DNA of 64,000 bases from Tubiluchus corallicola (Eukaryota > Animalia > Priapulida), in contig JAQGDQ010000071.1 in the NCBI GenBank assembly GCA_030141605.1, positions 227,605 to 291,604 on the forward strand, read 5' to 3'. The translations under genes and the position numbers were made by a program. Position 1 is the first letter of the stretch. The number at the start of each line of letters is the position of its first letter. Under the pieces are notes generated by a model. That model had not been told where the DNA came from. It did no database searches and saw only the letters and a list, made by a program, of their open reading frames with translations. Shown piece by piece: positions 14,894 through 28,836 of this stretch.

Positions 14894-16099
14894 TTTTTTC
14901 CATATATTAATGCCCTGATGATAATAATGATGATGATGATGATAAGTCTTCATTAGCTTCTTTTTTCAGGCAAAAATTTCTGTCAAACATACAACTCTAC
15001 AACACTAAACGTTACCTATTCTGTAATTAGCTTTTAGTAGCTTTTATAACATTATTTACAATGATGTTAAACAAGGAGTATTAAAGTGAGCGCTAAAATC
15101 AAAGTTGTTAATGAAACAAGTTTCCTGTCTAGTAATCTAAAATGCTGATAAGTTAATAAACTAAATTATAAAATCCCCAATACAATATTCAAGACCACAA
15201 TGAGTTAGAACAAGTAATGTTAAAAACTACATGAATTTAAGCCCTATTTTACTCAAATTTAGCAACAAGATCTTAAATGAAAGTCCTTTACGAAGTAAAT
15301 TAGCGCTGTTACTAAATTTACATTTTTGGTGCCATACACAAGATTTAAGTTGTCATTTCGTAGGTCGTTTAGTAGTACATTTACTGTCTACTACTAAACG
15401 AACTAAACTATATTACTGAGCGATGTCATTGATGATCATAAACCCGGCAAGTATATTCAAGTAAAGGCAATCCAGCCACGAGTCCATTAATAGCACATAG
15501 TGGAAAGCTATACATAGAAGAATAGTGCTGAATAGTAGATTTTAAGCACACTACAAACGAAGACTGGGAAACTTGAAGGTTATATACTTACGTTTAATGG
15601 AGACAGGAGGGCAGCTGCCCTCCAAGGGCAAATGTATTGTACATTTTCATGGCAAAAGTTGGTTATTTTCTGGGAAAATAATTCTTTTTCAAAAATTTCA
15701 AAACTTAAGATCTCAATGTTCAAAAATTGTTTACGTACTGCACTCTTCTCTTTTACTGAATGGAAACAAAGTGTTTCTTGTACGGCGAATTGCTTTAAAT
15801 TATAATATTTTTAAAGTTAATAATAGTATCAAATCTAGTTCATTAAACCCTACGCGTCCTTCACACACTTTTTAAATACATGCTCATCAATGTACCGACA
15901 AGTAAAGTAAGAATTACACATTTAGTCTTTTTTATTTGCGCTTTGAGTTTTCCAATGCTAGTTATCCTATTCACATCGTTGCACGGCTTAGTCTTTTTCT
16001 TAATTTAAAAAGCAAACTTACACATCTACAATTCCTTCGTAGCTTCCAAGTTTCAGTACTTTTCTTTAATATGGCACTTTTCTTCAAAAACTAGCACCA

Positions 16100-16520
16100 A
16101 TATGACAGAAAAAATACAAAAATGGCATTTACGCTTTATAAAATGATTTTTCAAGCTGGTATGACGTACAATCGTCCAGCGTCGGTTCTTCACGTGACAA
16201 GGATAAAAAATTTAGTCAAAACTGCCTAGAAAATGCCAAACAACTATGGACCTGACTATTTGCATAATTTAATTAACAAGAAACCTGTTACAAGGCAACT
16301 GGGCTGTAACAACAATCTGCAGATTCCTCGCTTTAGTACAGTGACCTGAGGGAAATGTCTGTCAGGTTCAGAGTTGCCCAGCTCTGGATATACCTAACTA
16401 TTTAAAGTAAGTGCAAATATTAAGCAGCTACAAAGTTACTAAAAACTTGTAAAGGAGAAAAACGCAAATATACTTTTTGCACCTAAAATTTACAAAATAA
16501 TTTTCATTCAATAAATATGA
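16100..16520 (+). mobile_element. Degraded CR1/L2 LINE 3' fragment
   Basis: EKIQK..LRF, GPDYLHNLI, LQIPRFSTVT*GK, RFRVAQLW with stops and frameshifts. Confidence 0.65.
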
Positions 16521-17005
16521 GGCGTAAATCCAATAATTTAGCGTGTGAATTTTTACTGATTGTTTTTTATTCAATTTTCCATATCTAAACTATCATATAA
16601 ACAATGTGATATATAACTGCTCTATTTTTTCTGTGAATGCGTAGTTGGACCTCTTTGTAAACCGTCAAGGTGTTTTAAATATTTCGACATCTTAGAATGT
16701 AAATCTCTTGTGCTATTTGCAAATGTACATACTTTTAGATTCACATTGCAGATAGTTCAGGGTTGCTTCGATGTAGTTTTAGTTACCTGTTTTACTTTGC
16801 TTTGTTAAATTCTTATCGTTAAAAAGCTTTAATGCAAAAAGCTTTAATGCAATTTTGCAAAACATTGATTGTCTTTTGACTCAGTTTTACAGTTTCAATT
16901 TCTAAGTGCGATGTTTTCGTCGCATAAAATCATATGATTTTTTCTGATCGAGGTCGCAAAAATTTTTGTTTTAAAAATCATGCAATTATTTTAAAATGTT
17001 TTCAG

Positions 17006-20000
17006 CGGATTTTGTACCATGCAATACTTTAGACGGTTTTATGACCGTACATACAGGAGTTTCAAGTGGTGGCTCCATGCCTCAAGATGAAAACGTCCTC
17101 ACTTTTACGTCAGGAACGACCATGCAAACTATCACACAAATCACCTTTTGTATGGTAATGAGATGACACTTTCGTTATTTTAAAACTTTGCTGTTCAAAT
17201 CATGTGTTATTGCGTATATAGAATTGATATAACAAAATGATATCAGAATCTCAGTCATCTCACTGACTGTAACTAAAGCTATATGCCTTATATAACACAA
17301 ACTTAATTAATTCTTAATGACAAGAACAGTGATAATGAAAAAAATCCCTTTTTAAGAAAGCAGGAAGACCTCGACATTTAAAATTACCGCTGTAGATTAT
17401 TTACAGGTGAAAAAAGGAAAAAGATCACACGGATTTACCAATACTAATTTTTGAGGATTTTTTTATATTGTTACATATAACGACACATTTAATTCAATGA
17501 AGATTTTTTCCTTTTTACCTGTAGGTAAAACTACGGTGATAGCATTAAACGTCATATATGTATATATGAGGTAATCTAAAAGTTATCAGTATTTTAAGTG
17601 TCATAATTTATTAAGTGTGATGCATCATTAAAATATTATTTAGTTTGTGGGCTAAATAAAATTGTGTGGCTTAACGTCATGGTAGTACATGTACTTCTAA
17701 ATCAGGATTAATATTGGAGTATACACTTTGTTTTGACTTAGAATCATCATTCAATCTTCGAAATCGATGTCCAGCATCGTCCACACATTTATAGTCTAAA
17801 TGGTTTCAAAATCTTTTCTAAAATTGTGAAAATCTTCACGATGTGTTTACTCTCTTATCGTTTCGCTAGTCCTACAAATCTATGAACGTGACTCGTCTAA
17901 TTTAAAAAGGCCATGAAGGTCATTCACCAGCCTCATACTAATAAACCTTTTCCTGTGTGAAGTGGCTGAGACCCTTTCCGCCAAGCAGTACTGGCTATAT
18001 TTTGGCAAGGCTCACTGGCTCAAGTGGTTATTCCATTATAATGGGAGTGAACGCCATTAACGGCATTGTAGTCGGAGCAACTGACAGTGGTGGGACAAGT
18101 AACAGAAAGTGAGTTAACTGATAATTATTACGCATTCTTCAAACTATTAAATCATTTCCACAATAGGCTAGTTAAAAGCTAAATTAGACTAAATTAAATT
18201 AGGCATACGCTGTTCAACTTTGAGGACTTGATTATTATCAAGATAAAAAAGACTTCATAATTAACAATGTTGATTTCTGTTTCTACTGAGCAGAATTCAC
18301 GCTAATCGGGGAAACGTGCTTGAAGATGGGCATTGGCATCATCTGTGCATCACTTACGATGCTTCAACTGCACAATGTCAAATCTATGTGGACGGAGAGC
18401 TAGAAGGTAACTATACACCTTTCACACTATACAGAGAAGATATCGGTCGCGTTTTGAATTTTCATAATCAGTTTCGCACCAATAATGATCTTTGTCCACT
18501 TGTACCCCTATTTACACTACAAGTTGTGGAGTTATTTTGCCCCTGCGTCATTTAAAAACACATTGTCTGTGCGCCGAGAATCGTGAGTTCATCTGCCTCA
18601 GGTGTCGAGCGGTGTACACCTTGTTTACATTCAAAATAAATTTACAAATAATAATAATAATAAATAAATAAAATCAATGAAATCTGCGTCTTGCTATTCA
18701 CGTAAAATACACGTAGTGATCTTTCTGTCTGCGTGACTTTACAATAGAATTGGATCTAAAAAGGCCACAGTTGGTAGTATGCTTTATATAAAACTTTATT
18801 GATTTATTTTAAATGGATTGACATGCAGTAATATTACTGATCGAAGTATTTCCACTATGTGCAATTCCTACAAATACATTTTAGTTGAGAACAGGTATAT
18901 GTAATTGGTTAGCTTCATGAATATAATTACATAGAAAGTTAGTTCAAAACTACGGGCACTTCATTAGTTAATACTTAAAATTGAATTATACAAAGCCTAC
19001 AGAGTCCAGAAGAGGCACCAGAAATAATTATCAATGCACATTAGCCTATTAGTTCTACAAAAGAATGATTGATCGATAACTGGTGTTTAATATAAAAGTC
19101 CAAAATTAAAAAAAATCAAGTTAATCCAATATACAATTACACGTACAATCAATTAGTAAAACGTTTAGAACACATTATGTAGCTTTGCAACAATTTGAAA
19201 AGAATGGCCTGATCTGAGTTAAGAAAAATGCCGTTGAAAATGATAATCTGATTTAATATGAACTACCCATAGGTTCAAATTTGCTTTTAAAGGCAAATGC
19301 AGAAAGGAAAGCCTGTCTGTTTTCAATTGGTAAATAATTCCACAGGCGAATGCCTTTTTGGAAAATGCTGTTATACAACTGTCGTATAGGCTTTAACAGA
19401 AATGGGTCACGTAGAGCATAGTGGTTTTTGGGACGAAATTCATTTAATATGGGCCTTACGGGTTAGCAGGCAGTTTCTTGTTTGGGGATTAAGTTCCCTG
19501 CTGCTGGCCCTGGCAGGCTAGTGAAGGCTTAATATTGTTCATACGCTTTTTTATTCCTTTATTGTATATGTGCCTAAATAATATAATATAATATAATATA
19601 ATATAATATAATATAATATAATATAATGTAATGTAATGTAATGTAATGTAATGTAATGTAATGTAATGTAATGTAATGTAATGTAATGTAATGTAATACA
19701 ATACAATACAATACAATACAATACAATACAATACAATACAATACAATACAATACAATACAATTTAAGATAACATAACGTAACGTAACGTAACGTAAAAAA
19801 ATATAACATAACATAACATAACATAACATAACATAACATAACATAACATAACATAACATAACATAACATAACATAACATAACATAACATAACATAACATA
19901 ACATAACATAACATAACATAACATAACATAACATAACATAACATAATATAATATTTTAATCAGATACTGAGGAGCATGATTATAATATATTTTTTGAATT

Positions 20001-23000
20001 ATTCGAATGGTTTGAAGTTCATTTTTCATTTTGAATGGTGGCAAACCAAGCATCGAGTTAAAGATTTTGTTGGCTCGACCCCTTCATCGCCCCGTTGAGC
20101 AATTTGACCAAATTACAGTATCAGGTAGCATCTTTTCTACCTAATGTAAACAGGGTTTATACCATCCCGCTCAAGACCATTAGGAGAAAACAAACGTGAT
20201 ATGTCGATGCATTTTTACCTTGTAACAGTTAGTATTCATGCTTCGCCATTGTGTTTATTATTATCAAGCTCGTCTAGCATATACTACAACTGCTAACAAA
20301 TATAATTGTAGTGATACTAAAGTTCCACATAGTTCTACGACTATAATGAGGCAGGAAAGCAATACTGTCTTTTGAATATGAACTTAGTTGGCTAGCCATA
20401 TTCGATGGCCTTGAACACTGGGAAGGGGGAGTAGTGATTTAAGGAGCTATAATATAAGCAGAACGGCCCTAGTGAAATCCAGGCTGCATTCCAACGTTTT
20501 CACTTTTCCTGACTTTCAAGTTTGATTCAAAATTTAATTGACAACGGGTTTGCAACATGAGTAATAACAATTTTGATTATAATAACAAATGCTTGTAGAG
20601 CGGCATTTCAGTATCTTTACAACTTGCTAACTAGGCTAGCGTTTTAAATGAAACGACAAGTCACTTAGCATGTTGGCCTTGTTGGGTTTGTTTTTGCTGT
20701 TATCATTTAAACTTAGAAAAATATAACAAATAAATTTACAAAACGCTCTCTGTAAAGCAAAAAGGTAATTTCTACTACGTTGTGTATCCGTTATTGTATC
20801 CGTTACTGGGTCCCTTGTATCCGTCATTCACGTGAAAGTTATGACGTAGCTGGTAGATTTCGGTGACTTTCCGTAAACGCACTATTAAATTAATTTCTGC
20901 ATATTACCTAATGTTTATGAAAAAAATTACAAAATTAGGCATCTATTCATCTATTTTTTGGTAAAAATTTATTATAGTTTTGAAGGAAATTGGCAGTGCA
21001 CTGCTTTTCTTCAGTCGATGGTGGCATGATGACGTCATTGATGGAAAGAATAGGCGTTCAAAATGGAAGCACCCAAGCGTGTATTCATCGCAACTTTAAA
21101 GGGATTTTATTAATGATACGAGACGCTTATCACACCTTTTTTTTTTACTAAATTCTTCTAATATTTTTCGTGAAGTTTTGAAATAAGCCTAACTTCCCAG
21201 AAAGGATGGCCTTTCCTTTAATTCATAATTTGTGGTCTGACAAATTCCAGGGAGGAATTGTGATGACAAAAAATCATCACAACATTGCAGTGTTTAATGA
21301 CGAACGTGACTTGCATAGCATGACGAAAAGAAAACAGGATGATTTTTCATACCATACCTCATTTTGAAGTACGGTAAAAAGTATACATGTTAATACCACG
21401 GCAATAATTCTTTCACGTAAGTCGTTCTTGAAAAAATAATATATCTTTCCTTTCAATATTTTAAAGAGTAGATTGTTTGACCTACAGTTTAAGATTGGGT
21501 CCGGTTTTCCTTTAAGTAAATATTCTTGAAGCTGTTGTTAAACTGTTGCAAACAAGTCACATCCTTATGACATTTTTTTTCTCTGTACAGTATTCTATGC
21601 TGATTAAGTGTTTATGTGACTGATTACTACAAACGTAAACTTAGGTTAACTCAATTTGGCTAAATAATTATAATCTGGAAGACAATATACTATTACCCGC
21701 ATGTTGTTCATATTGTTTTCTCGTTATTTGTATGTTTGAATATATATAAAAGTTGGTGTTTTCCACAAGGGAGCTGGGCACAATAGATAACATTAAATAC
21801 AGTGTTCTTGGACTAAATGAACTGTAATCACTACCATTATTGTGTTGTTAATTAATAGGATCATTATTATAGTTCAGCGCTGCGTGCGCGAGTACTACTG
21901 GAACTGGAACTACTTTTTTCGCCGTTTTGCATTACTTTTAAAACAATTTAAGACTTACGTATTTTCCAGCTAGCGGAACGATCGCAGGAATAACGACGCC
22001 TGACGACTTCGGCACCCAGTTAACTGTGGATATTGGTCATGCGCCTGCCTCCAACCCTAACGTTTTTGATTACCAAGGTTTAATCACAGATGCCATAACG
22101 TTTTCAAGCATTCTATCGGGGACGCGCATTCGTAAGTAGTGCTATCAAAGTATTTTTGGCAACAAACATGTTGCTCAGCCGAACGACTGCAGCCTTATTA
22201 ATTTTAGTAACAAGGACTTAAATGCAACGCATGCACAGACTTAGGCTTGATGGCATGTTGTAGAAATACTGCATTTGATTGGATAAAAGTAAATTTATCG
22301 AAACACACGGCGGTATTCAAATCCATGTTTAGGAATGAGTTTTAACAAAAGTTTTGGCTGAACGCCTTTTTTATTTTCTTAACCCTTTTTTTCTGTTAAA
22401 GACATATGTTGCGTTTGCACATTCGTTGTTCTTTCGAAATTGTAAACCTATATTTCATTTGTAACATCTATAAGCCAATTTGTGCTCCGTTTTTATTAAC
22501 CCAAATGAATATAGACGCGTATGAGTACCAGCGAGGTTAATCTCGCCAGGAGGAGTGCAAATTTTATCATCTGTAACAATCCGATCTGTTTTTTGTTCCT
22601 TTTGCACATTTATTGCCAATTATTAGTCACAGAATGATTTAATTCTCCTGTAATCGCTAATGTCGATTTTTGCTCTAAGATAGGTAGTCATTTCCCGAGA
22701 AGCAAAATATTGCTACTTATTTTTACGTACACTTGATTATCGACTGGCTGTTTTCAGAAAAGCAGTGTTGGTACGTCCTTCTTGAGCGCAAAGGTCTAAT
22801 TCGAACCTAAGGAAAAAATTTGCGGCAATTTTCACAATACCATTCACAAAGCCATTCACAATACTTTACTCATTTTCCTGAAACTAAGCAATGACAAACC
22901 AAGAATAAACACAACTCAACCTTATTTTGTTGTTATTCTGGCACAAAATCGTTCACATAATACAGAATCCGAATGGACATGTTTTTGGTCGAGGGTGATC

Positions 23001-24784
23001 GCTGCTGATCTGGATTTTGTTACTTTTGTTGCTGTTACTGAGCGATAACATTTTGAAAAAGCTTCTTAAATTCGCAACGGATCGTCATGAAACTTTACAG
23101 GAATATGATAGAATGACTCCACATCCACTGAGACCTTGTGCAAATGATTCAATAATTTAAATGTTGTTACTAATGTTCTATTAGAATGGTGTAGTATTTC
23201 TCGTTCAGCCATTTTGAATTTAAGATGGTGGCAATATATATATGCTTAACTGAGTATAGGTATGACACAATAACATTGACAATAATATTGCGGTATATTG
23301 ATATTGTGCAATATTATTGAGTTTCTGTAGGAGATAATTAAGATTACGCAATATTAATATGTCGTACACTGTATTGCGTAATATTATTGTTAATGATAGT
23401 GTGTGATATTATTGTGTCGTGTGCATGCTCCTTATGTAAACCGCAATGGATCGTCATGAAACTCAGCAGGAATATACTAGAATGATTCCATATCCACTGA
23501 CGCATTGTAAATGCTTTATAACACTAATAGGCAATTCAAGCGGTGAAATATTTATGTCATTTTTTTCTGTAAAATTATTGAAAAAATGCGAATTTTCATC
23601 AGTTTCATATCTTTAGGCTAACCGTTCTTTTAAAAGTTTATAATTAACTAAAAATGCGTTTTATTATAAATATGTTTTGTTATATTCTTCCCTACAAATA
23701 GAGAGATTGTAAGTAGCTTTTTCAAATAAAGTTTTATCCATCCCATAAGCGTCTAATGATCTAATAATTAAAATAATGTCGCTAATCTGTTTTATTAGAA
23801 GGATGTGATGTTTCTTGTGACATAACTGAAGATTATTTTGTCTTGTAAGCCAACCTCTCAATACGAGCATCTTGAAATATATTCCCAGTGTATTCAAAAT
23901 TAAATACTGATTTTTAGAACATATATATATGTATGCAATTTAATCTAGCATTCTATAATTTTTTTTTAATTTTTACAAACATGCATTTCCTGAAAGTGTT
24001 TAAAACGAAGTCAGCCTTAGTCATGTGACCTAAGCTTTAATAGTATCTGCCACCTATCAATCACACTTGTATTTACACGTAGTTAGATTTTCTGTTGCCA
24101 CTACGCTGTTCATGCTGTTCGGTGATACTTGCATTGCTTTGTCTATTTTGTTACAATTTAACAGTCACTAATTGTATTTTCAAGCCAAGTTGTCAACAGT
24201 AAATGTAAGTCACCATCTACGTTAATAATTAGTTAATAGTTTAAATTGGTTAGAATTGCTTCAAATCTCTAGAATCATAAAGTAATAATTTGTGTTTCAG
24301 TCTCCTAATTTTTTATTTTGTCTAAATAGTAATAACCTTTAGCACGTTCTTAAGCACTTTTTGCGATCTGTTATTTTAATAAATTGCAGGTCTATCACGC
24401 AGTTCAAAACTGACTTTTGCCGTTTCTTTGCCTGGACTGGGCGCATCCACAATACATATATATATATATTTTAGAAACTGAGTCAAAACATCTAAACATG
24501 AGCATTTTCTTGCAGATCGCATGTCAACAACTTGTTATAACAGACACGGTGATCTCACGTCATGGAAGATTGAAAAAAACTTGGTAATGGTCGGCGATGT
24601 TAGCATACATACCCCCAGCACCTGCCCTTATTATGGAAGAGAACCAGAGATGTGCATTCCCAGACTAACAGAAAAGCAATGGGATAGTCTGTGGAAGAGA
24701 TCTTCAGTTAACAGTCAAAGAATAAGGCGACTTGAAGATGACCTCCGTTATTATCTGGAGTCATATGGCTACGGGAAAAAATAA
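17006..24784 (+). CDS. Divergent pentraxin/LamG-fold protein with C-terminal extension (first exon not found)
   Basis: In-phase GT-AG exons 17006-17154, 17963-18108, 18294-18406, 21970-22131, 24516-24784 give ITQITFCM|WLRP, EDGHWHHLCITYD, QIYVDG, YQGLITD, LSGTRIHRMSTTC, GDLTSW. Confidence 0.85.
17404..17521. mobile_element. Tc1/mariner-type MITE (~118 bp)
   Basis: TIRs CAGGTGAAAAAAGGAAAA / TTTTCCTTTTTACCTG with TA on both sides. Confidence 0.7.
19270..20070 (-). mobile_element. Degraded CR1/L2 LINE 3' fragment interrupted by a microsatellite
   Basis: LGLPPF...IQKIYYNHAPQYL (20053-19955) continues as HYALRD...SIFQKGIRLWNYLP...FKSK (19425-19280). Confidence 0.65.
19578..19951. repeat. Compound pentanucleotide microsatellite (ATAAT, GTAAT, ACAAT, ACGTA, ACATA)
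   Basis: Directly visible consecutive blocks. Confidence 0.95.
21005..21220 (+). repeat. Interspersed repeat, second copy at ~37815-38000
   Basis: Shared atgacgtcatt.atg..aagaataggc.ttcaaaatggaagc core. Confidence 0.7.
23073..23510 (+). repeat. Two direct copies of a ~68-bp unit (23073-23140 and 23442-23509)
   Basis: cgcaa.ggatcgtcatgaaact..caggaatat..tagaatga.tcca.atccactga occurs twice. Confidence 0.8.
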
Positions 24785-25764
24785 AATGTAGTATTTACTA
24801 AACAATTTTTAAATTAGCTATTATGATTTCTGTTATCACGGCTTATATTAGAGTAATATCAGATAATAAAAGTAGATAGGCGCTATCCACTCACTGTCAA
24901 TTAATCTTATTTTTGTCAACATCACTTTCGTTATAATTGGCACCTGAAGTAGACGGGTTACTGGGAGTCGTCTGTCCTGTTCTTATTTATTTGATTCACA
25001 AAGAATACTAAATAGGGGTATAAACAATAACCTTCTACATCCATCTTCGTCGTTAGCAAAGTTGTTGAAAAAAATTTAATGTTTAATATATGTTTATGCT
25101 TTTTTGCTTTATTTGATACGTTAACAATTTCTATTTTGCGTACTTTGTTAAGGTGACTGAATTAAATTAACATTTTGAAAGCTATTTCGAAAAACTTTCA
25201 TAGCGCATGCAAAAAAGTAAGATTTGTAACAATCTTTGATCAATGAGTGCATAAAGCATTAAACTTTTATAATTTTGCTACAGAAAGGGGGCACAATAAC
25301 GTCATCATCAATTTATTGGATGGGGTAGGGGAGTAAATTTAATTAACTAAAGTAGTTGACAAAGTTTACTCTTGCCGGGTAAATATCTTTCTTCATGAAA
25401 GACGAAACCCTTAAAATTATTTGTATTTATTATTTAATATTCAGTGGCAATTTATAATGTAGTACTTGCGAAAGTGATAAAACCAGTTTCATCAACGGTG
25501 TGTTTTTTGATCTACTTGTTATTTGAGTAACGTATTAATTCATTATATATTATTCAATTTATGTACTCATTTACGTATTTACTTGTCCAATTATATTATA
25601 TATTACATATTTATATATTATAGTCATTCATTAAATCATTCACTGATTACTCGTTTTGGGAAAAACCTGATGTTTGAAATTGTGTTTCTAACGCTTCGCC
25701 TTGACTGGGTGTCTTATTTAATGTGCTGCTAACAATTCACTTTTTGGTATTTATAATCACTTAC

Positions 25765-26522
25765 TGCTTTTTTGGTTCGTTGTAAACAGCTAGGGATTAA
25801 TTACGCCATGGTAACTTTAAGGAAAAAGCAAACTTGCATAAATTTAAATTATGATGTTGTAAGTTAGTCTTTATGGTTCTTTTCATCTAGGTTCTTAGAC
25901 GGTAAATGTAACAAGTAACCTAGAACATGACCTGAAACGAAATGAAAGCAAAATATATGAAACCTTAATTATAGTAATAACCGAAGGGGAGTGGCAGCTG
26001 ATTCTAGCATAGCACAAGACTAAGTGGGAAAAGTAGTTTATAACTCTTACCTAGAAAAACGCGAACCAGATTCGCGACAGTTTTAAATGTTATTCTGTTT
26101 AATGAAAAACTATTGACTTGCCTTCTAACCCCTTCCGTAGATCTATCTTCCGATGTGACGCTAAATGAATCAACATTTTGACTGCAAAAGTAAAATTCCA
26201 AGCGTTTATTAGAAATATTACCATCAGTAATTTCAAACTGAACATATAGTCTCACTATTAGGCTTATACAGGTCCTGAGCACCTATAGAAGCAGTAGATT
26301 AAAAACTTCTGTTGACTTATGCCGCTTTGTTCGATCATTCGTCAAGATAGCATACTATCGTAGTATGTATCCCAATTCTGTTGGATAATTTTAAATTTGC
26401 TAATATATGAAAATACTTACTGAGCCCAAATTAAACACTTGTACATGCAAGTGGTGATTATAAGTTGAAGTTTTCCGAATTGCTCCGCAAGAACTTATCC
26501 AGAATTTCGCATATTCATTAAT
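25765..26522 (-). pseudogene. Possible decayed LamG/pentraxin-like gene fragment
   Basis: Strong splice signals around 26522-26421, 26282-26051, 25886-25765; first two open and in phase (YVQFEI, LEFYFC, NRITF, LVRVFLG), third has stops around FMQVCF. Confidence 0.4.
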
Positions 26523-27715
26523 CTGGAGAAGACGGACTTTCGTATGCAGCGTGAATTGCAGACGTGAACACGAGAAGAGCAGTGTCCGACTTTCGAGCTG
26601 GAAAGGACGGTATAATGAAATTTTAGTAGGTGGTAGTTTTGCTCTATGATTGTGAGTCTTCTGCTGACTTTGGTCTGCTGTCTACCACAGGAATTGCAAC
26701 ATGGTTAAATTTCAACAACAGTTTTTACTTTCCTCAAACAAAGTGACAGAGTTTTGATTGGTGGCTCTGATTTTCTTTAAATTAACTGGAAGATTGTGCT
26801 CGTTGTCGTAGGGGGAACTACATGCCCCCCTTACTACATACACAACTACACACTTGTTAAGGTTGCGTTGGCCTTTTCTGCTTATATGCATACTGTGAAC
26901 GCCAAATTGCTAGTCAATGACGTAGGATAAAAATTTTATTTGAGATCTGATTTTACTTGACTGTGAAATACATTAATCTTATAATTACGCACTAAATGTT
27001 AAATGTAACATACATTTACTTGAATGGTTCAGATTTAATACCTTGTTAGTTAAGTCATCCATGCAAGTGTAATCCACCACATAATATAGCTAGTTATGAA
27101 ACCCAGTTAACTACATCAGAGATGGAACGTGGTCCAAGTTATATCTAGTTTAACCAGTTCAACGAACAAGCAGACGGACTGAATTATATACATGTACATA
27201 CAAAAATGTACTTCTGTTCATATAAGTCATATGCGTACGGTTTGCAGACCAATGCGTTATAATTAATTCTACTGCATTTCAACTTTCAGTTACACGATAA
27301 ACAAATTAGTGGTTTAAAGTGGGTCATTCGGTAATAAGTGAAGCTGAGATACCGGTCTTGCCTGACACCTGCTTTGCACTTAGTGGCCGGTGCCTACTTA
27401 ATTTTGATGGTGGTCGTGGCGAAAATCTGATCAAACTAACAGTTTAGAGATAATATTGAATAATACTGATTGCTCATTGTAAATTTCACTTACAGCTTAA
27501 CCAAATGCGTTAACGATGAAAGATTCTCCCTATCCTTGTTGTCTTGCAAGTAGAGATGTCTGAGCCTTTTTGAAAATTTTTCCACGTTTTCTGTTTGGCT
27601 GATGCAGTTATCATATAGGTATATTAATGAAACATTATGACACCCCGATATAAAATCCTATTAAATTATTCAATATAATGAACTTGTGAAACGTTCTAAA
27701 GCATTGCCAGGTATG

Positions 27716-28018
27716 GCCAGGCAAGGCAAGACAAGGCAAGGCAAGACAAGGTAAGGCCAGGCAAGGCAAGGCAAGACAAGGTAAGGCCAGGCAAGGCAGG
27801 GCAAGGCAAAGCAAGGCAAGGCAAGGCAAGGCAAGGCAAGGCAAGGCAAAACAAGGCAAAACAAGACAAGTAGGTAAGGTGAGGTGAGGTGAGGTGAGGT
27901 GAGGTGAGGTGAGGGGAGGGCAGGGGAGGTGAGGTGAGGGGAGGTAAGGTAAAGTGAGGTGAGGTGAGGTGAGGTGAAGATAAATTAAGGTAAGGTAAGG
28001 TAAGGTATGGTAAGGTAA
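27716..28018. repeat. Compound pentanucleotide microsatellite (AAGGC, GAGGT, AAGGT)
   Basis: Directly visible. Confidence 0.93.
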
Positions 28019-28623
28019 TGTGCAACAAACATACAAAACAACAATATGTGAACATAAACAAACATCATAAAAATGAACGAAATAGTCATCTATCGCTTGC
28101 GTACAAGGTGCATCATATATTATGTTATATTTACACCTGTACCAATACGATCATTATAATTGTCTTAGCATAGACCTAAGATTAAAAAATTAAACGGGCA
28201 GCAAACCCAAAGCCAGAAATTAAATGACACTTATGCTTCAAGTTAGTATTAAATTGCTTATTGTGTTTAAGATAAAAGAATTCAGAAATCTGTTGGTTTA
28301 ACAAATAAGAGATTTCCAAGCGCAATACGGTAATTTCATACTAAGTTTAACAGATTTGGTAAAATCATTTGTCAGACCTTTCGTTATTTCAACAAGAGGC
28401 AGCTGTTTAAAAGGTCTCTGTGATTTGATGGTAGAAATCGCTGCCAATGCGATTGGAAGAGGCGTAGTTAAAAAGGTGCAGTATCATGCTGACAATAGAG
28501 AGCCTACAATCGAAAAAACGATCGGCTGTAGGTTAAATAAACTATTGCAACTCTGCAACCATTTCTGAGTTTCTGAATTAATAAATTTTCATCATTGTTT
28601 TGCACAATGAAATATAAACGAAT

Positions 28624-28836
28624 GGCGCGTTTAGATGTAGAGACTTCTCTCGCAACTTGTTGCGCTGCTTCTCTTTGAGAGTAAAGTTGCACGTGTGTCC
28701 TACAAGTTGCCAAGCCGTTGACACGTGCAATAAGTTGTGAGAGAAGTTGCCAAGCCGTTCACAAGTGCAACTTTACGCTCAGAGAGAAGTGAATACCCAA
28801 CAAGTTGCGAGAGAAGTCTCTACGTCTGAACGCGTC
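28624..28836. mobile_element. Palindromic MITE, PIF/Harbinger-like termini
   Basis: GGCGCGTTTAGATGTAGAGACTTCTCTCGCAACTTGTTG at left is the near reverse complement of CAACAAGTTGCGAGAGAAGTCTCTACGTCTGAACGCGTC at right; internal aagttgccaagccgtt repeats. Confidence 0.8.

Noticed and set aside
24730-24781. Resemblance of LEDDLRYYL to NPY/NPF peptides
   Set aside because: Lacks the RxRF/Y-amide end and the Pro-rich N-terminus.
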